64,000 nucleotides of DNA from the human T2T-CHM13v2.0 reference genome, Homo sapiens. Positions within the stretch are counted from its first letter, which is position 1, and each line of letters begins with the position of its first letter. The notes under the pieces were generated by a model. The model was not told where the DNA came from, did not search any database, and worked only from the letters and a program-made list of their open reading frames with translations. Below, in pieces: positions 62,280 through 64,000 of this stretch. A program made the position numbers and the translations under genes. The DNA is taken from the NCBI RefSeq assembly GCF_009914755.1, contig NC_060931.1; one strand, given 5' to 3'.

Positions 62280-62605
62280 TGGCAGACAGACTGTAAAGTG
62301 GCCCTGCCTGTCCCTCAACCCTGGTGTTGGGCCTTTGTGTAACCTCCTTCTTTTGAGTGTTGTTGGTGACAGTGACTTGCTTCTAGCCAATAGACTATGG
62401 CAAAGGTGATAGGCTGTCACTCCAATGATTGTGTTATGTTATTTAAGACCCCATCTTGTTAGCAGACTCCCTTTAGAGACTGCTGACTTGACGTGAGTGG
62501 CCATGCTGAAACAGCTTACCTGGCAGAGACTGTGAGAGGCCTCTAGGACCAGAGAGCAGTCTCCCACCAACACCCAGGAAGAAACAGGGGCTCTCAGTCC
62601 TGCTT
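62280..62605 (+). mobile_element. MLT1F/G-type LTR fragment
   Basis: gtgacttgcttctagccaatagactatggcaaaggtgat...tgtcactcc. Confidence 0.65.
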
Positions 62606-62996
62606 CGGAAGGCCCCTCAACCACATGATAATGAATTCTCTCACTGGAAATACAAAACCCGTTTACACCATTATCATTTACATCTCAGGATTCATGGAGG
62701 ATCTAAGTAGAGATCTGGATGGAGAGGTAGACGAAGTGTTTGATTTTGAAGGGATTTGTGGGCAAAGGCAGTAAGGTAAGCATGGATGTGTAACAGGGAA
62801 GTACTGAGACAGAATTCTTTGATGTCACTATTTTTCCTGTGTATCTCCTATACTTGTCTCTATATTTAAAGTCTTAAGAATGTTCTGATGGGAAGAGGAG
62901 TGTTCATACGGCCTGAGGATGGAACTCAGTCACAGACACCCGGAAAAATCATAGACATTGATACTAACCATGGCAGCATGCAGGCAAAACTGGACA

Positions 62997-63064
62997 AGGC
63001 AAATTAGGGTAATTTGCAGGCCTAGTGGTAACTGACACTAGGATAAATTTGCATCCTGTCTGAG
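62997..63064 (+). promoter_or_regulatory. Octamer module upstream of TAS2R41
   Basis: AGGCAAAT at 62997, ATTTGCAG at 63012, ATTTGCAT at 63047 and TCTGAG at 63059. Confidence 0.6.
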
Positions 63065-63245
63065 CCAAGAGCACACCTCTCCTCTTTAGCCTGAGCATCC
63101 TCCTCTCTAAGTGAGCTCTGGTTCAGATGCAGAGCCTGACCACTCTTTAGCACTCCTAGGAAAGATTAAAAGCAGGACTGTGGCTAGGGGCAGGGAGGAG
63201 GCCAGGGACCAAGGCACTCAAGTGGGGACTGCAGGAGGGGTCAGA

Positions 63246-64000
63246 ATGCAAGCAGCACTGACGGCCTTCTTCGTGTTGCTCTTTAGCCTGCTGAGTCTTC
63301 TGGGGATTGCAGCGAATGGCTTCATTGTGCTGGTGCTGGGCAGGGAGTGGCTGCGATATGGCAGGTTGCTGCCCTTGGATATGATCCTCATTAGCTTGGG
63401 TGCCTCCCGCTTCTGCCTGCAGTTGGTTGGGACGGTGCACAACTTCTACTACTCTGCCCAGAAGGTCGAGTACTCTGGGGGTCTCGGCCGACAGTTCTTC
63501 CATCTACACTGGCACTTCCTGAACTCAGCCACCTTCTGGTTTTGCAGCTGGCTCAGTGTCCTGTTCTGTGTGAAGATTGCTAACATCACACACTCCACCT
63601 TCCTGTGGCTGAAGTGGAGGTTCCCAGGGTGGGTGCCCTGGCTCCTGTTGGGCTCTGTCCTGATCTCCTTCATCATAACCCTGCTGTTTTTTTGGGTGAA
63701 CTACCCTGTATATCAAGAATTTTTAATTAGAAAATTTTCTGGGAACATGACCTACAAGTGGAATACAAGGATAGAAACATACTATTTCCCATCCCTGAAA
63801 CTGGTCATCTGGTCAATTCCTTTTTCTGTTTTTCTGGTCTCAATTATGCTGTTAATTAATTCTCTGAGGAGGCATACTCAGAGAATGCAGCACAACGGGC
63901 ACAGCCTGCAGGACCCCAGCACCCAGGCTCACACCAGAGCTCTGAAGTCCCTCATCTCCTTCCTCATTCTTTATGCTCTGTCCTTTCTGTCCCTGATCAT
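63246..64000 (+). CDS. TAS2R41: Taste receptor type 2 member 41, partial (first 251 codons; continues past the window end)
   Basis: [26 protein letters not shown]...LGASRFCLQ...LFCVKI...NMT sequon...[14 protein letters not shown]. Absent from the ORF track because its stop codon is outside the window. Confidence 0.97.

Overview
Human genomic DNA from chr7q35, recognised from its encoded proteins. It holds a bitter taste receptor cluster on the + strand: the TAS2R62P pseudogene (22400-23338, two in-frame stops, no frameshifts), intact TAS2R60 (28817-29773, 318 aa) and TAS2R41 (63246 to past the window end). The cluster lies inside the lncRNA EPHA1-AS1; a 132-nt exon with strong splice sites sits at 474-605. 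The rest is rich in transposable elements: about 20 Alus, solo LTR12C, THE1, MER50, LTR8 and LTR14B LTRs, an ERVL/LTR16 relic, a 5'-complete L1MA-type element, and L2/MIR fragments. Repeat subfamily names come from recalled consensus sequences, not a search. Top finding: all three TAS2R genes have the same upstream module, AGGCAAAT followed 50-51 bp later by a perfect octamer ATTTGCAT (POU2F3-type site), 175-222 bp before the ATG. Each CDS is also preceded by a plausible 3' splice acceptor, so they may be alternative terminal exons of the lncRNA as well. Other findings: the second TAS2R62P stop codon forms a consensus splice donor, the LTR12C promoter points toward EPHA1, and an old L1 appears to carry a 3' transduction.
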